Assembly: GCA_013239625.1 (NCBI GenBank) | Contig: MU055549.1 | Span: 6,823,693-6,887,692 of the forward strand | Length of the DNA: 64,000 bases | Source: Lama guanicoe | Taxonomy: Eukaryota | Direction: 5' to 3' | Shown: one piece after another, positions 20,421 through 34,050 of the stretch | Layout: each line of letters opens with the position of its first letter | Position numbering within the stretch: position 1 is the first letter of the stretch | The notes under the pieces: model-generated | Database searches by the model: none | What the model saw: the letters and a program-made list of their open reading frames with translations, nothing else | Told to the model about the DNA's origin: nothing | Translations under genes and position numbers: made by a program

Positions 20421-21399
20421 GTAAGGACCCAGTGGGCCTCATTTCTCTGATGACCCTTTTGAGGCCCATTGTCCAGGTGGGGCTGTGGACTGAGCAAGCA
20501 GATTAGCAGACCGAGTCCATAGGGCCTGCGAGCGGAGCTCTGTGAGACATGGCAGGTGGGGTGGTGGGGCTGGCGGGGCCAAGTCACCCAGGGCCTGGCT
20601 GTGTCCTCACAAGAAGGAAGTAGCCGGCAGAGAGTGGAGTCCTCTGGTGAGCGAGGAGGGAAGGCCAGCGCCCTGGTAAATAACACCAAGCCGCCCCTGC
20701 CGGGCTGAGGCGGACATTCCTCCTGGTCTCCACCCGGTAAGGGAGGTGATTTCTGGAAGCGGGGTGGTAACCGAGTTGGGGCTAAGATAAGGCCGTGCCT
20801 CCAGAGGGCGGTCAGAGTTAGAGCTGCCACCTCAGGAATGTCAAGAGTGGGAGATGATGGCGAAGAAGGTGCGGCCCGGTGGCCAGGGTGGTGATGGCCC
20901 CCACGGGTGAGCTGGGTGCAGGGGCAGCCAGTCTGTACTTCTGGGACTGAGAACAAAGCGGCCTCTTAGCCCTCCTTCCAGCCTTGATTCCTCAGGAGCT
21001 AGTGGGCTGCCCTCTGAAGAGGGAACAGGAAGAAGTCCCACTCGGGCATTTTGCACGTGGGCTTAGTCCCCAGGACTCTGCCGCTTCTGTGTCAGGGATT
21101 CATCGTCCAGGGTCACACTGCCTGGCGCCCCTCCTGGCTCCCCTCACAGCCCCTTATGGGAACCCACACAAACACCTCGTGGGCTTCCTCCCCCGATCTC
21201 ACACCAGCTTCCACACCAAGAGTGGGGTCTCAGGTCCCTGTAGGAGCTTGTGAAAGCCACCGAGACCTGTGTCCACCCTGTGGGCCTCACGGAGTGCCCT
21301 GGGTGTGTCAGGCCCTGGGCTGGAGGAACTCCAAAGATGAGCCAGGTCTCTGCCCATCGCTGCTTCCTTTCCAATTTGCATTGACTGTATATCTGTAAT

Positions 21400-22055
21400 T
21401 AGATTCCCTCTCACCATCCCCACTGCTGCCACTCTGGTGCCACCTGCATCCTCTCTTGCCTGGATACTAATGGGAACTGGTCCCCTGCCTCTGCTCCTTT
21501 AGCCTGTTCTCCACCCAGCAGCCAGAGGGAATGCAAGTCAGACTGTCCCTCCCCTGCTCAGAACCTGTCCACTGGCTTCCCATCTCTGGCCGAGCAGACA
21601 CCAGAGCCCTTACTTGGAGGTAAAGGCCCGGTATGCTCTGCCCCTGAGACCACTCTGTTTTCTCTCTGCTCTGCCACTCACTTGGCTCAAGCCAGGCCGG
21701 CCTCCTTGCTCAAACGTGCCTCAGGGCATTTGCACTTCTTCCATGGCCTGGAACACTCCACCTTAGCAGGGTCTCTCCCTCCCTCCCTTTCCTTGGCCAC
21801 CCGGCCTAAAATCTAATCCCACTACCACCCCCACCTCCATTCCTCGTGCACTCTGCGCTTTCCCATCTCCTTTTCCCTCCAAGGCACTTAACCACTTTTC
21901 TGACATTTTGATCTTGTTCCTTGAGTGACTCCTGCACTGGAAGGTGAGCTTCACAAGGCAAGGACTTTGTCTCGTTTGCTTCTTGCTGAACACCTTGTGC
22001 CTGACCCTTGGCCTTGCACGTGGTGGGCGCAGGGACATTTGTGCAGCGAATGAGG
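21400..22055 (+). mobile_element. L2 LINE 3' region
   Basis: ctccacccagcagccagaggga...ctgctcagaacc...tggcttccc...cctcagggcatttgcactt...gtgagcttcacaaggcaaggactttgtct...tgtgcctgac. Confidence 0.8.
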
Positions 22056-25000
22056 GTGGGTTCCTGTAGCCCAGCTTGTTGGCTTGTCCTCGTTTTAGTC
22101 CCTTCTCTGCTGCTCAAGTTCATGGCTGGGAGGTGCCAGGATGAGTTGCTCTGTTTTCTGCTGTCTTGGTGTTTCCCTGGTGAAATTAGAGCGTTCCTGT
22201 AGAGCAGCTCTGACCAGAGCAGAATGGCTCTCAGGGGCGGACCTCCTGGAGCTCCCAAGGGAGGGTCCCTGTCTGGGTCCAGCTGTACTGGTGCCTTAGT
22301 TGCCGCCACTGAACTTGGTTCCATCTTGGGGCGGGCCTGGCCGGGGCTGGCCGTGGAGCTGGTTCCAGGGCTCATGGGCCCGTGGTCATCTGAGACAGGG
22401 CCTGAGCTCCTGCCAGGAGGAGGGTGGCCTCCCAGCCCTCACGGGGAAGGAAAATCATCTGCTCAGAAAAGAAAAGGAGAGAAAGCCAGGGGAAGCAAAC
22501 TGCCCTTGAAGGGGGCTCTGGGGCTTCCCAGGCCAGGGTCTGCCTTTTCTTCCCACACGCCACCCCTTCCCTTCTTGGAAGGGCATTTTCTGTCTTCCTC
22601 CTCGTCTTCCTGTGCCTAGACTCCCAGATGGACAGGCCAGCTGTGGGACCAGCCACCTTTGGAGAGGAGCCTTCTTTGTCAGTCTGTGGGCGCGTTCAGG
22701 TTGGCAGCACATCACAGGCCTGACCTGGTTCTGCTCACGGTGCAGGTGGAAGCAGAGCGTGGGCCGGCGTTGTCTGGGTGGGGCCTGTAGAGGTCCCACC
22801 TCCCCACCTCTCCTGGAGCCTCCCCCACCTGCTGAGGGGCAGGGATGCGTCTTTCTCTACCTGCTGTATAGACAGGAAACAGAGAGCCCAGGGGGCGGAG
22901 GGCCCAGGTCACACAGCTGGCGAGCAGGGTGCCAGGTTGCAGGCCTCCAGTGCAGGCCCTTGTCCACTCCACTGTGGCCCTCACGCACGCCCCCGCCCGG
23001 CTCCTGAGGCTGCAGTCATCCCTGGACTCCGCTAGGCCTGGGGGAGAGGCATGGGCTGTAAACAACCAAAGAAAGACCCAAAATAAGATCAGTCTAGCGA
23101 TGACATCCACGAGTCAGAATGTAAGATGAACTGATTAGAGTTTGCTCCGAGCAGCCAACAAGGTTGAGAGGAAGATGGGGGTTTTGCTTCAGCTTCCTAA
23201 ACTGGTAACGGCATCCTCACATAAATACCATCAAGATAATAACAGGAAAGATGGAAAAGCTTTTCTCTTTTGTTTTCTAATCAGACTAAGAAGATAACAG
23301 AAGTGGGGGGTTCAGATTAAAAAAGAAGTCTTGAATCACCACAGGCCATTTTGAAATTATGGGAGCCGGCGGCCCCGCAGTGCAGACAGAGCCTCAAACT
23401 GCAGGTGAAGGTCACCTGGGGGCCCGGACGCACTGGGAGGGGAGAAACATGGATGCCCCCCGGGCCCTGGCCAGCCCTCCCACCCCCGCCTGCTGAGGGT
23501 CACTGTGATGGTTCTCTTGTTCTCCTTTTTCTAAAAACTAAGTGCCAGTGGCGACGTGACTGCCCCTACTCCCGAGAGAGAGGTGGGAGGACAGGAGAGG
23601 GGCCGTAGAGCTCGGTCTCGCCGTCCCCCAGGGTGGGGTGCCCGGCCCCAGCTCGGCTTGCACAGCACGCAGCGATGACTCTCGGTTCCCTTTCCCCCAC
23701 TCCGCCCGGTCGCCTTCCTTTCCTTTGCCGAGCGGCTCTTCCTTCGAGTGTTCTAACATTAGCTGCTGCCGCTGGAAGGCAGCCCAGACTTTTGACCTCG
23801 GGAGCAGCGTTCCTCCGGCTCCTTCCCACACACCCACGCTCAGGCCAAGAGCCCGTTCTCTCTCCCCACAGCGACTGCCTTCCCCGGCCAGGCCGACCTC
23901 CTCTGCCCCGAGGCTCCCGGCCCTCTCTACAGTCCAGAGACCAGCGGGAGTTGGGGGTGCTCTCCTCCAGGGCAGAGGGCAGGCTACCTCACTTTCCTCA
24001 GCCTTGAGGTATTTCCGGCAAAAACAGATACCGGTTTTTGGAACAGGTGCTTCCTTCCCCGCTTGTCAGATGAGGATGCCAAGGATAAGTGACTTGCCCC
24101 ACAGAAGAGTCAGTGACTGCATTAGGCTGGGCACCCGGGGTCTTCATCCTCCCGTTCACCCGGAGTTGGAGTTGGGCTCAGCAGCCCCAGCCAGGATCCC
24201 TGGCCGGAATCCAGAAATGCGCAGAGTCCAAGGCAGTCTGATGCCTTTCCTCCAGCTAACAGGGACACCATGGCCCGCCCTGCCGTGGCTAACCCTGCAG
24301 CCCGGGGAGCCAGGGCCCCCACCCTATCTCCATCAACATCTTTGAGAGCCTCCACCCAAAGGTGCTCCTCCCTTCTCAGCTTCTCTTCTTGGGCCTGGCT
24401 CTCCCTTCTGCTTTCCATGGCCAAGGTCTCTCCGTGTTCCCTTCCAGAGGCTGGGGAGCCCCACGTGTTCCCCTCAAGTGTGAGTGTGGCTTCATCTGCA
24501 TGGCGCTCTGGTTCCCCATAACATGCAGCAGGAGAAGGAAAGAGTGACACAATTGCTTTAGTCAGTAGTCTGCAGAAGAGCGTTATGAAGAAGCGTGATT
24601 ATGGCCAGAGATGAGCTCGGCCATTTTCTGTCTGAGCTAGTTCCTCATTAAATAATAACCTGAATTGTGTCTTTATTTAAGTCAGGGTTTCTTGTCTTAG
24701 TCAGACAGATGGTCCCTGAAACCTCAATTCGATTTCTAGCTCTTGCCTTTCCTATGGAAGATCTGATTCCAAAACCTTCTCCGGTGATCCAAGGAACCTG
24801 GGACACCAGGCTCTGCCATGGGGGAGGCTCAGGAAGCGAGCCTTCAGAGGGGGAGAAACGCCCAGGGGAGCTGTGCTCATTGTCTCGTCGCGCTGCAGAC
24901 ACCGCCAGGGCCTGGGCGTGCACTTGTGTGCGTACACTGCGTGTCTTGTGAAACCTCAGATGGTGAGAGTTTCCCTGGGGGCCTGTCAGGCCTCACCACA

Positions 25001-25737
25001 TCGTCCACATGGTGATTGGCTCATCCTTCCCACAGTGGGTGCAGAGGGCTCGAAGGGTCAAAGAGCTGGCTGCAGAATGGCACAAACCAGTGGGAGTGAA
25101 ACAGCTCTGGACAACCTGGAGCGGGAACCTCGGGGTTGGACCCAGGGAAACCTGCCAGCGGTCAGAATGTGCCAGGGGCCTGACACCCTGGGGTGCTGTC
25201 GGTTACATGGTATTCTGGCCTGCCCACCATCCACCCAGCCTCTTGGGTGGGGCTCTGTTGGGGCTCTGCAAGCAAGATAAAGGCTCTGTCCCATCGTTTT
25301 GGTTTTTTTTTCCCTTTAGCTACCCCAGCAGGAGGCAGAAAGCCCAGGGGAAGTAGTTAGCCCGCGATTATTTTAGGCCTTATGTTTGACCTGAAAAAGC
25401 TGCTGCTGTCTGATCAGTCATTTCTCCATAATTACTTTGATAGAATTTCTCTACACATTCAAATCATTTTTACTGAATTGAGCATCAGGAAGAGGACAAA
25501 GGAAAAGAAAGAGGAGAAAGCTGCATTTTGACTCCACTCTACTGTACATATCCTGGCAGTTTTTTTTTTTTTTTTAGTATTTTTTTTCTTAAGTAGGTTT
25601 AACTTACACATTATATTTCCTCTTGGTACTGGAAGCCTCTGCTGAAACATCACTTTGAGTGGTTGTATGGTGTTCCTTGGAGTAGCTGAGTCCTGGCCTT
25701 CACCATTAGCCTCTTGACATCCGGCATGAAATTGGCC

Positions 25738-25830
25738 AGGGTTCCTCAGTTGTAAGCAGCAGAGACCATTTCCAGCTGATTTACACCGAAAGAGAATTCA
25801 CTGGAGTGACAGAGAGAGCTATAGGCCTGG
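25738..25830. mobile_element. Probable MLT1-family (ERVL-MaLR) LTR fragment
   Basis: gggttcctcagttgtaagcagcagagaccatttccagctgatttacaccgaaagagaattcactgga resembles the MLT1 terminal motif. Confidence 0.45.
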
Positions 25831-26469
25831 GAGAGTTGGTGAATAAAGCCCCGGGGAGGGCAGGGACAGGGCAGCTCGGAGGATCGTGGAGGCAGGGGCT
25901 CATGGCAGGCTTGGGGCCTCCCTGCTGGGTGAGCCTGCCCAGCACCCCCTTGGTTCAGGAGTCAGAGCTCCGGAGCGAGGAGTGCCTGGTTGGCCACACC
26001 CTTGCCCGTGCCTACCTTGTGCCGGCAGGGATGGAGGCACAGTCCCACCAAGATATGATCTGGTGATGGAGGGGAGGAGTCCCAGTGCACAACTGGGTGC
26101 AGTTAGCAGAAGAAGGGTGTGCATCACCAGACTGCAGTTTCACACGCTCAACGAGGGGAGTGGGGCTCACCCAGGACAAGGGGCACGAGAAGGTGTTCCT
26201 TCAGGTCATGAGAACTTCGTGCGAGCGAGCGATCGCTGGTCTGTGCTCAGCCCTGGGTGCAGAGTCAGAGGCTGTGTGGGGAGCCCGGGCAGCCGGGGGT
26301 TCCATCTGGACTTTGGCTGGTGCTCTTCTCCCTTCTGCACCAAGCTTGGACTTGGCATATGCCCAGTGACAACAGGTTCTGTCCAGTGAAAATCTGTTTC
26401 CGTTGGCCCTACACCTGCCGGACGTGTGGCAGCAAGAGCAAGACAGGCTTGGGCTGTCAGGTGGTCATA

Positions 26470-26800
26470 GCAGTCGGTCAGCAGATAGTCACGGGGCACC
26501 TGCTCTGTGTGGGGATTACTGTGGACAGGACCACACCCTCAAGAAGCTTGGTTTTGAGGGTTGCAGAGAATGACCCTAAGAATGAATGAACTGATAGACA
26601 CGGGGCAAGTGTTGAGCAAGACCCTATAGAGAAAAGCATGGATGGGGAGGGTGCTTTTCAGCCAGGATGGTCAGGGAAGGTCGCAAGGAGGTCACATGAC
26701 AGGAATGAGCTGCAGAACAAAAGCCCTGAGGCAGCAGCGACCTGGGCTGGTCCCTGAACTGTGTGTGAGTGAGGACAGGATGGATGAAAACTTGGCTCAC
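26470..26800 (-). mobile_element. L2 fragment
   Basis: gcacctgctctgtgt...ccctcaagaagctt...ggtcagggaaggtc...gcagaacaaaagccctgaggcag. Confidence 0.5.
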
Positions 26801-29278
26801 GTGGGTCCAGTGGGCTGCGGGAAAGGGGCATAGCCCGATTCTTTCCTGGTTGCTGTGGGAAGCTGGACGGTTGTAGGCAGAGTAGCCACGTGGGCTGGTC
26901 TCCCTGGGTCTGTGTGGAGGATGGAGGACGGGCTGGAGTGCAGGCGGGAGACCAGGTGGAGGGCTCATTTGATCCCTCAGTGGAGGGTGATGGAGCTTGA
27001 GCTGGGCAGTGAGGGGAGTGAGAAGCACTCACGTTCCGAGCATGTGTTGTCCAACCCGGCGAGCGGGTCTATGCAGATGCAGATAAGTTCTTGCTGGGTG
27101 AATGAACGAGTGAATACATGAGTGACTGAGGCTCGCCTCCGTGGGCACAGACCCCAGCATCCCTGACGCCCACTCACAGGTCTGGATTCCTGGGGAGGCC
27201 CTGAGGTGCCCATCTGGGACCCGCTGGCTCTGTGGAAGCAAAGGCCAGTGAGCAGCGCTGTTGGCTGGCCAGTTTGGAGGCCCACTCCTTCCTCGGTGGC
27301 CCTGAGTGTCTGTGCAGCCGGCACGGGGCTCCTGCCTGCTCCAGCTCTCCTGTTTTCCCTGGCCCGGTCCTGGCTTGGTTTCTGTGGGCTTCCAGCCTGG
27401 GTAGCTTTCCTCTCCTCCGGGGTGGGCAGTGAGGGCTTTGGCTCCCAGTGGGTGTTTGCTCTGTGCCCTGTGCTCCTGCAGTGCTGGGGCCATCGCCCTC
27501 AGCCGGCCAGGCCCAACTTCTCTCTCTCTGAACCTTCCCCAGGCAGTGGGCCCTGCCTGGCTTCCACAGGTGGCACTGCCGGGTGGCAGAGCTCTGATTG
27601 TCACCCGCTTTCCATTCAGTGACTGTGGTGTGAGCTGGGAGGGTGACAGAGGCAGCCGTCTTTAACTCTTCCCTGATATTTCCCGGGGTGGCTGTAGATT
27701 GGATGGAATCCAGGTGGGAGACCTGTCCTAGAAACATAAGGATTGTTTTAAACCCAAGGAGGGTGGCAACTGGAGGAGGACTGCCCTTCCCCACTTCGCC
27801 CTCTGCTGTAAGTTCCTTCAAAACCAGCTCTGTTTCCCCCAGGAAGCCAGCCCTGACCTCCAGCACCCACGGCCTGGCTCATCACCCCCCTGGTCCCACT
27901 CTCTGTTGTGCAGTGGTTGGTCTGGGTACTGTGGCCTCTATGAAATGTGAGCTTCCTTAGGGCCAAGGTTGGGGTCTTTCCTTTCTGTGCTCCAGGCCGC
28001 TTAGTAAGGACCCTTAATAACCTGATTGAACACATAGCTGACTGAGGGCATAGATCCCCAGCTGGGGCAGCTGGGGATGGGGTGGGGGAGCCGGCGCCAG
28101 CGGCTTGCTACCCTCCTATCTGGGTGGGCCAGGTACTCCTAGTCAGCCCCACCCTTCTCCTTCCAGGCCTGAAAGAGCCAGGGCTTGGGTTCCTGCCCAG
28201 TTCTTGGACTAGAAGCCTTGTATGTCCCTGCCACTTGGGGCTCCTCTCAGAAGTTAGAGCCCTATGTGACCGGCTGACCCCCCTGGAGCTAAGAGCTTCT
28301 GTCACCATCCTGTGCTCAACTCTACCCCTGCCTGCACATGACTGCTCACCGGTACCTACTTGTTGGATGGATGAGTGAATGAGTGAGACCCTTCTCCCTG
28401 GGGCTCCGATGGGCAGAGTCTCCTCCTCACCAGAGCTCAGAACACTCCTGTTGACCTGGCTTCAGCTCACGCAGGGAACCCTCGGAATGTTCCACGCTCA
28501 GGTTACTGTGTTGCCGTGGAGCAAGTGCCTGGACTTGGGCTTCTTCTGGCCTCCCTGGCTTTTCACCCAGTGGCCACAGTGTTCAGCTGAGGTTAGGTGT
28601 GGGGTCAGAGGGAGATGTGCAGTGTTTACAGTGGAAAGGGAAACCACTGGGGAGATACGGTGCCAAGGAGTTCAACAGCCATAGCTGTGTGTTGAGACCA
28701 AACATAACCTTTGAGTTTCTGTTTCAGTTTGAGAGGATGCCTGGGGGGCCTCATAGCTGCACAGCAGCCTGCAGAGCGAGGGCCACCTTCTTGAGCTTTA
28801 CCTGATGCTTCTGCACCGAGAAGGAAGAGCTGTTCTCTCTGTGTCTTGAAGGGAGGGCTCTCGGGGTGGCAGGTGGGCCGCTGCCCTTCACTTGAGGCTC
28901 TTCCTGTCTCCATGGTCAGGGAGGGGTCCCCTCTCCTCCTGGCCCGGGCGGTGGGGAGGTGAACTGTTTACACCACATCTCCTCCTGCGCCCTCCTCCGC
29001 ATCACTCACATGGAAAAATCCCCTGGTGGCAGAAGTCATGGGGCTTTCTTGTCTGTTTTTAAAGTCCATTAACTTGATGGACTCCATAACTCACCGGAGA
29101 CTCCGGACAGAGAGTCCAGACCCAATTATGGGCAGATGTCTCTTTGAATACTGTGTTCTCCTTTCCCTAATCTGACGTTACCCCTTTAATTGTGACTTTA
29201 GCAAGGGATCAGTGCAGGGTCATGTGCAGACGTGCTTCTTATGACTTGAAGAGTGATAGCTTTTCTGGTTGTTTTCAG

Positions 29279-29333
29279 CACACGCCAAAGAAGATGAGTC
29301 AAGGAGCGACACTTTTCTCTTGTGGAATTATGG
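29279..29333 (+). CDS. FAM53B: FAM53B second coding exon, HTPKKMSQGATLFSCGIM(E)
   Basis: Acceptor ttttctggttgttttcag ends at 29278; 55 nt; donor G|gtgagt at 29334. It contains the FAM53-family TLFSCGIM motif, and its phase fits both neighbouring exons. Confidence 0.95.
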
Positions 29334-29579
29334 GTGAGTAACCGAGGTGGCTGTGAGCAGTCCTTTCCTAGTCCTTCCAGCAGGGCCTGAGTCCTCCAGG
29401 GGAGACGCTGAAAGCGCTCTCTGGACGCAGGCACAGAGCAGCTGTGGGGACGCTTCTGTGTGTTCAACTGCTTCGGTCCCAGTGGTGCTGGACTGGCGCA
29501 GGGGGCTGCTGGGGCTGAGTGAGCGGCTGGGCACTGGTGTGCAGTTTACAAATGTAATTTCCAATAATGACATTGAGAG

Positions 29580-30150
29580 TTTCTGTCTGATTATTAAAGT
29601 AATCATGTTCACTTTTTTTAATTCAGAAAATGCACCATAGTGGAAAGTATAAAATTGAAATCTCTCACAGCCCCAGTACCCAGTTACAACCACTGTTAAT
29701 GTCTTGGCGTGTTTTATGTTCTTTGTATTTTTTTACATAGCCCAGTTCATGGTGAACATATGATTATACAAAATTTTATATTGAATTTTTTTTTCACTTA
29801 GTAATAATTACCATCGTTTCCCCACAGCCTTTAAATTGCCTATTCCATGCATTTTAATGAGTCTGTGGCACTACACTATGTGGCTGATTGAGGATGTAGA
29901 TAACGATGTAACTGTTTCTTGGTTGTTGGGTAGAAGGGCTGTTTTGTTTGCTCTTGTGATTAACAGTGACTAAGTGTCTGAATCTTGCTCTGCCTTTCGG
30001 ATTATTCCTCAGGATAGTTCCCAGGAGTGGGATAGAGAGGCCGGAGGGCAGGAACGTTTTTAAGGCTCTTGCTTCATGTTTCTGATGTGCTGTCCAGAAA
30101 GATTGTCTTGGTCCCCTGCTCCCACGCAAGTGTGAATTACCATTTTTTAT
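29580..30150 (-). mobile_element. Ancient L1 (L1ME-like) fragment
   Basis: ttattaaagtaatcatgttcact...aaccactgttaatgtcttgg...ttcactta...attattcctcaggatagttcccaggagtggga...ttttaaggctcttg...tccagaaagattgt. Confidence 0.65.
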
Positions 30151-31169
30151 AAGGGGCCGAAAAGATGACTGTATTGATTGCATTGATTTCTCCGAGCGCC
30201 GGAGGGTCGGGCAGTTTCTCCTTGTGCTGTCTCTCCCCGACTCTTGCCTCCTACGGGGACGCCTCACCAGATGAGTTTCTGGAATGTCTTCACTGAGGCA
30301 GAAGCCAGGCTTCCATGATGGGTCACCTCTGCGGGCTTTCAGATTTCACATTTGTCTCTGCAGGACCGTGTAGTCTCGGTAGCCAGCTGGGTTGGCCCTT
30401 TCCCTCTGGGCAAGGTGTTTTCTTTTTCTTCTTTAGACCCAGTTCCAGGGGATGTGGTGATGGGGGTGGAGCCGGGGGTGTCGCAGGGGGCGTGGTGCTG
30501 TGCGGGGGCCCCATCCTGAAGGATCTCCTTGACTCTGCAGCTGCTTTGGGGGCCAGCAGGGGCTCTACTCACATGTGGGGAAACTGAGGCCCCAAGAGGT
30601 GAACACCCCCAAGTCCCCTTGGTGGGCAGAGTCGGGCCCAGGGCAGGTTAGAAGGACGGTTGTTTTCTTGTCACTCATAAACCACAGCTCCGTGGGAGAG
30701 CCTGGCGGCCCTCTTGGTGCCACCTCCCAAAGGAAATGGAAACAGGGTGATCACTAGCCTTGGTTCATTTGTGCGACACACTTCTGAGGCCTGTCCCCAC
30801 TCCAGGCTTGACTGAACACCTCGCTGGTGGTTAACGGCTTTCGACAAAACCCTCAGCGACTCACCTACGTGGCCCAGAAGCCAGCCTCGTCGTCTGCTTC
30901 CTGGGCCAGAAGCACAGCTGAGCTCTGGCTGGGCTGCCTTCCTTTGTCATGAGCAGGAAGGAGAGAGAGGCTCCGGGACAGCCTTTAGCTCTGAATCGGG
31001 CCAGACCAGCGACCCGGATGGTGGGGCTGCTGGTCTTTATTTCAAGGCTGTCCGTGCATCGGGCTTTCTTGGCCTTTGCACCAAGCGCATCATAATAAGT
31101 TGGAGCTCCTGTGGGTTTGTGATGGGCGGTGCTGGCACTCACACAGCCATTCTGAACTACATACCTTTA

Positions 31170-31290
31170 CTAATCCTCAGTTTCCTCATCTGTAAAATGG
31201 CTCTTCGATAGTACCTGCCTCGTAGGCTTGCCATGCGGACTCAGTGAGACGTTCGTACGGAGGTTGGCACAGCTTGAGCTCCATACATAA
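31170..31290 (+). mobile_element. MIR SINE core
   Basis: cctcagtttcctcatctgtaaaatgg...tagtacctgcctcgtagg. Confidence 0.75.
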
Positions 31291-33902
31291 TAGGTGGAGG
31301 AGAGGGCTGAGGCCTAAACTGAGAATCCTGCCCCTGTAAGAGGCCTCCGCGCCCAAACAAAGGGACCACCTTGGTTTCCCTGGGGCGGGGCTGTAGGTGA
31401 GAGGGTCCCTCTTGGGGGGCAGATCTTCAGGCCCAGGGACTAAGGCAGAGGCCCTGGATGGAGGTACGTGGGGAGAGGTCTCTCCCTAGATTCCCAGCAG
31501 AGTGGATCTGAACCCACATAGCCCAGCGGCCTGCTTTCTGCTGGGGGGGCCTCTCCCTGGCTCAAGGTTTCCAGGATGACCTGTGCTGTTCTCCTCCAGA
31601 CTCTTGTTGGCAGGGGGCTCTTCAGGAAGGGCTCTGGAGCCTCCCTTGCCCGCAGGCTCTTCCCTTCTCCAGGGTCCTGTCTCCCTCCTGCTTTGCGGGC
31701 TGGCACCAAGGCACTGCCAGGAGGCTCGGCGGGGCAGCTGCACTGTTGGGGCGCTCTGTGCACTTACCCCCGCCTTCTCCTCGGCTTCTCTCTCTCCTAC
31801 GTGCTTGTCTTTCTGTTCTCGACCCCTGCTTGATTCGGGAGACCCTGCCCCATCTGACAGCATGCCCTACCAAGGCTTTTAGAAAAGTTCATCACGGTTC
31901 GTTCAGTGGCTTGTTCCGGTAGGTATTTACTGAGTACCTACTATGTGTCAGGCACTTGGTGCAGGGACGGAGTGAATCAGCCCCTGCCCTCAAGAGGGTT
32001 TCTGTCTAGTGGAGGAGAAAGACCAGGGAGCGGTGGATGAGGCCAACTTCCACGCTCCGCGCCTGCAGCGGGGCCCTCAGAGCTGCGGCACTTCAGCCCA
32101 TCCTCCTGAACCTCAGTTTCCTCATCTGGCACAGTGCAGGTGTTTGTGCGATTTAAAGAGACAGCGGCACATGGGAGGTGCCAGGTCAGTCCCTCTCCCC
32201 TCCATTCCTTTCCTGCACTTGCTGAGGCAGGACTGTCAGTGGCCCGAGGCCTCCGCAGCCTGTGTGCTGGTGGAAGCTCCGGGGGCTGCTCCGTCCCAGT
32301 GAGCCCGTGAATCGAGGTGCAGCCTCTCCCTGCGTCATCCTGGGAGGGCATCTCAGCAGCGACATCTCGTCTTAGTCGTGCCTACCTGTCAGTACCAGGG
32401 AAGAGGACACCCAGTGGGTCCAGGCAGACTTTTCAAGAGGCCTTTTTGGGCCATTCCAGGGCTGCACGATGCTCAGTGAAGATAAAATGTCAAAGTATTT
32501 ATAGTCTCCAAAACCCCCTACCTGTCTCCTGAAGATAAAGGACTCTTTTCTGGCCCTGATCTGTGGAATTCTCCCGTGAGAGCTCGAGAGAGCTTGGCCC
32601 TGACTCGGTGCATTTCCCTCCTCAGCTCCCACGCGAGGGTCCTCAGTGGACGCTGGGCTTGAGTTGAAGTTTCGTAAATATTCTTTTGCTGTTGTTGCTG
32701 TTGTTTTATAATTTATTTGATTAGAATCTTACATATTGCCATTGGTGATAATGTCTTTCAAAACTGCACCCACTCACCCATTGTAAATATTCTTCAGAAA
32801 ATCTGGGCAAGTGGGTTAGGGTGGGGAGTGCAGCGGCCTGTTTGCTTCCTCTTCAAAGGCCACCCTTGCAAGTAGCTCAGCCTCTTCTGCACCCACTGAG
32901 ATAAAATGCTTTACAAGGTTCACAGCAATGTTCTGTTTTTAAGTACTTCATGCTCAGTTGTTGTGAGCTGGATTCCAGGCCCCTCCCCACTTTCGTCCCC
33001 ACACCACCCCACCAAGTTTAGGAACTTGATACAAAAAATGGTTTTGTTCTTTTCCAAAGTAGGGGGCAGAACAAAGGCAGCGGGAAGTGTGAATGGGAGA
33101 AGCAGGCCAGAGCCAAGCAGGGCTGCTGGCCTGCCTGCTCTGCACCAGGGCTGACTGCCCCGGCTAGACTGCCCACCCAGCCTGGGCACCACAGCGCTCC
33201 TTCTAGCAGAGACGATGCTGTGCCTCTTGGCTTCCTTTCTCACCTCCCAGACCATCCTCAGCACACCTTCTGTACTGAACCAGAATTTCCTCTGCAAGCA
33301 GCTTCTCTGGGGAAGAGCCTTCCACATGACCGGTAATTGTGTTCTTTACACAGGAAACCTTGGTCAGGTGTCAGCTTCATGGGTGTGGCCCGCCCATTGG
33401 TCAGCTGGTCCAACAGGCGAACCAGTTTCCATTCCTGGCAGTGATTTTTAGTGGGTGCAGACGATCCCAGCTGTGCCCGAGAACCATTCTGTGCTGGGGG
33501 AGGCAGGGGCTATACAAGAATCCCCAGCGCATGGCTCCCTCCAGGTCCTCCACCATTTGCTGTGGGAGATGCTTCTTCATGCTAACCCAGGGTCACACGT
33601 GTACTAGGGGAATGATTTTTGGTGAAACAGGGCAAGTGAGGTGAGAGTGGCCTCCATTCACCACTCTTAGCTGGGCTAGTCTCACCCCTTAACTGGGTTC
33701 TGTGTTGCAGGGACACTGGACACTACACACTCCATTTTCCTCACCGCTCAGGCTAAGAGAAGGCCTGGAAATCAGACAACATGTGAGAAAGTGCGTGCAA
33801 CGCTGGTTGTTTCCAAAAGGCCACTAGAAAAAGTCGTGTAAATACAAGTCGGTGGACAGAGAACAAAACAAATCATATGCTCAAAAAAAAAATTGGGTGG
33901 AA

Positions 33903-34050
33903 NNNNNNNNNNNNNNNNNNNNNNNNNNNNNNNNNNNNNNNNNNNNNNNNNNNNNNNNNNNNNNNNNNNNNNNNNNNNNNNNNNNNNNNNNNNNNNNNNN
34001 NNNNNNNNNNNNNNNNNNNNNNNNNNNNNNNNNNNNNNNNNNNNNNNNNN
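33903..34050. other. Assembly gap (148 N)
   Basis: Run of N. Confidence 1.
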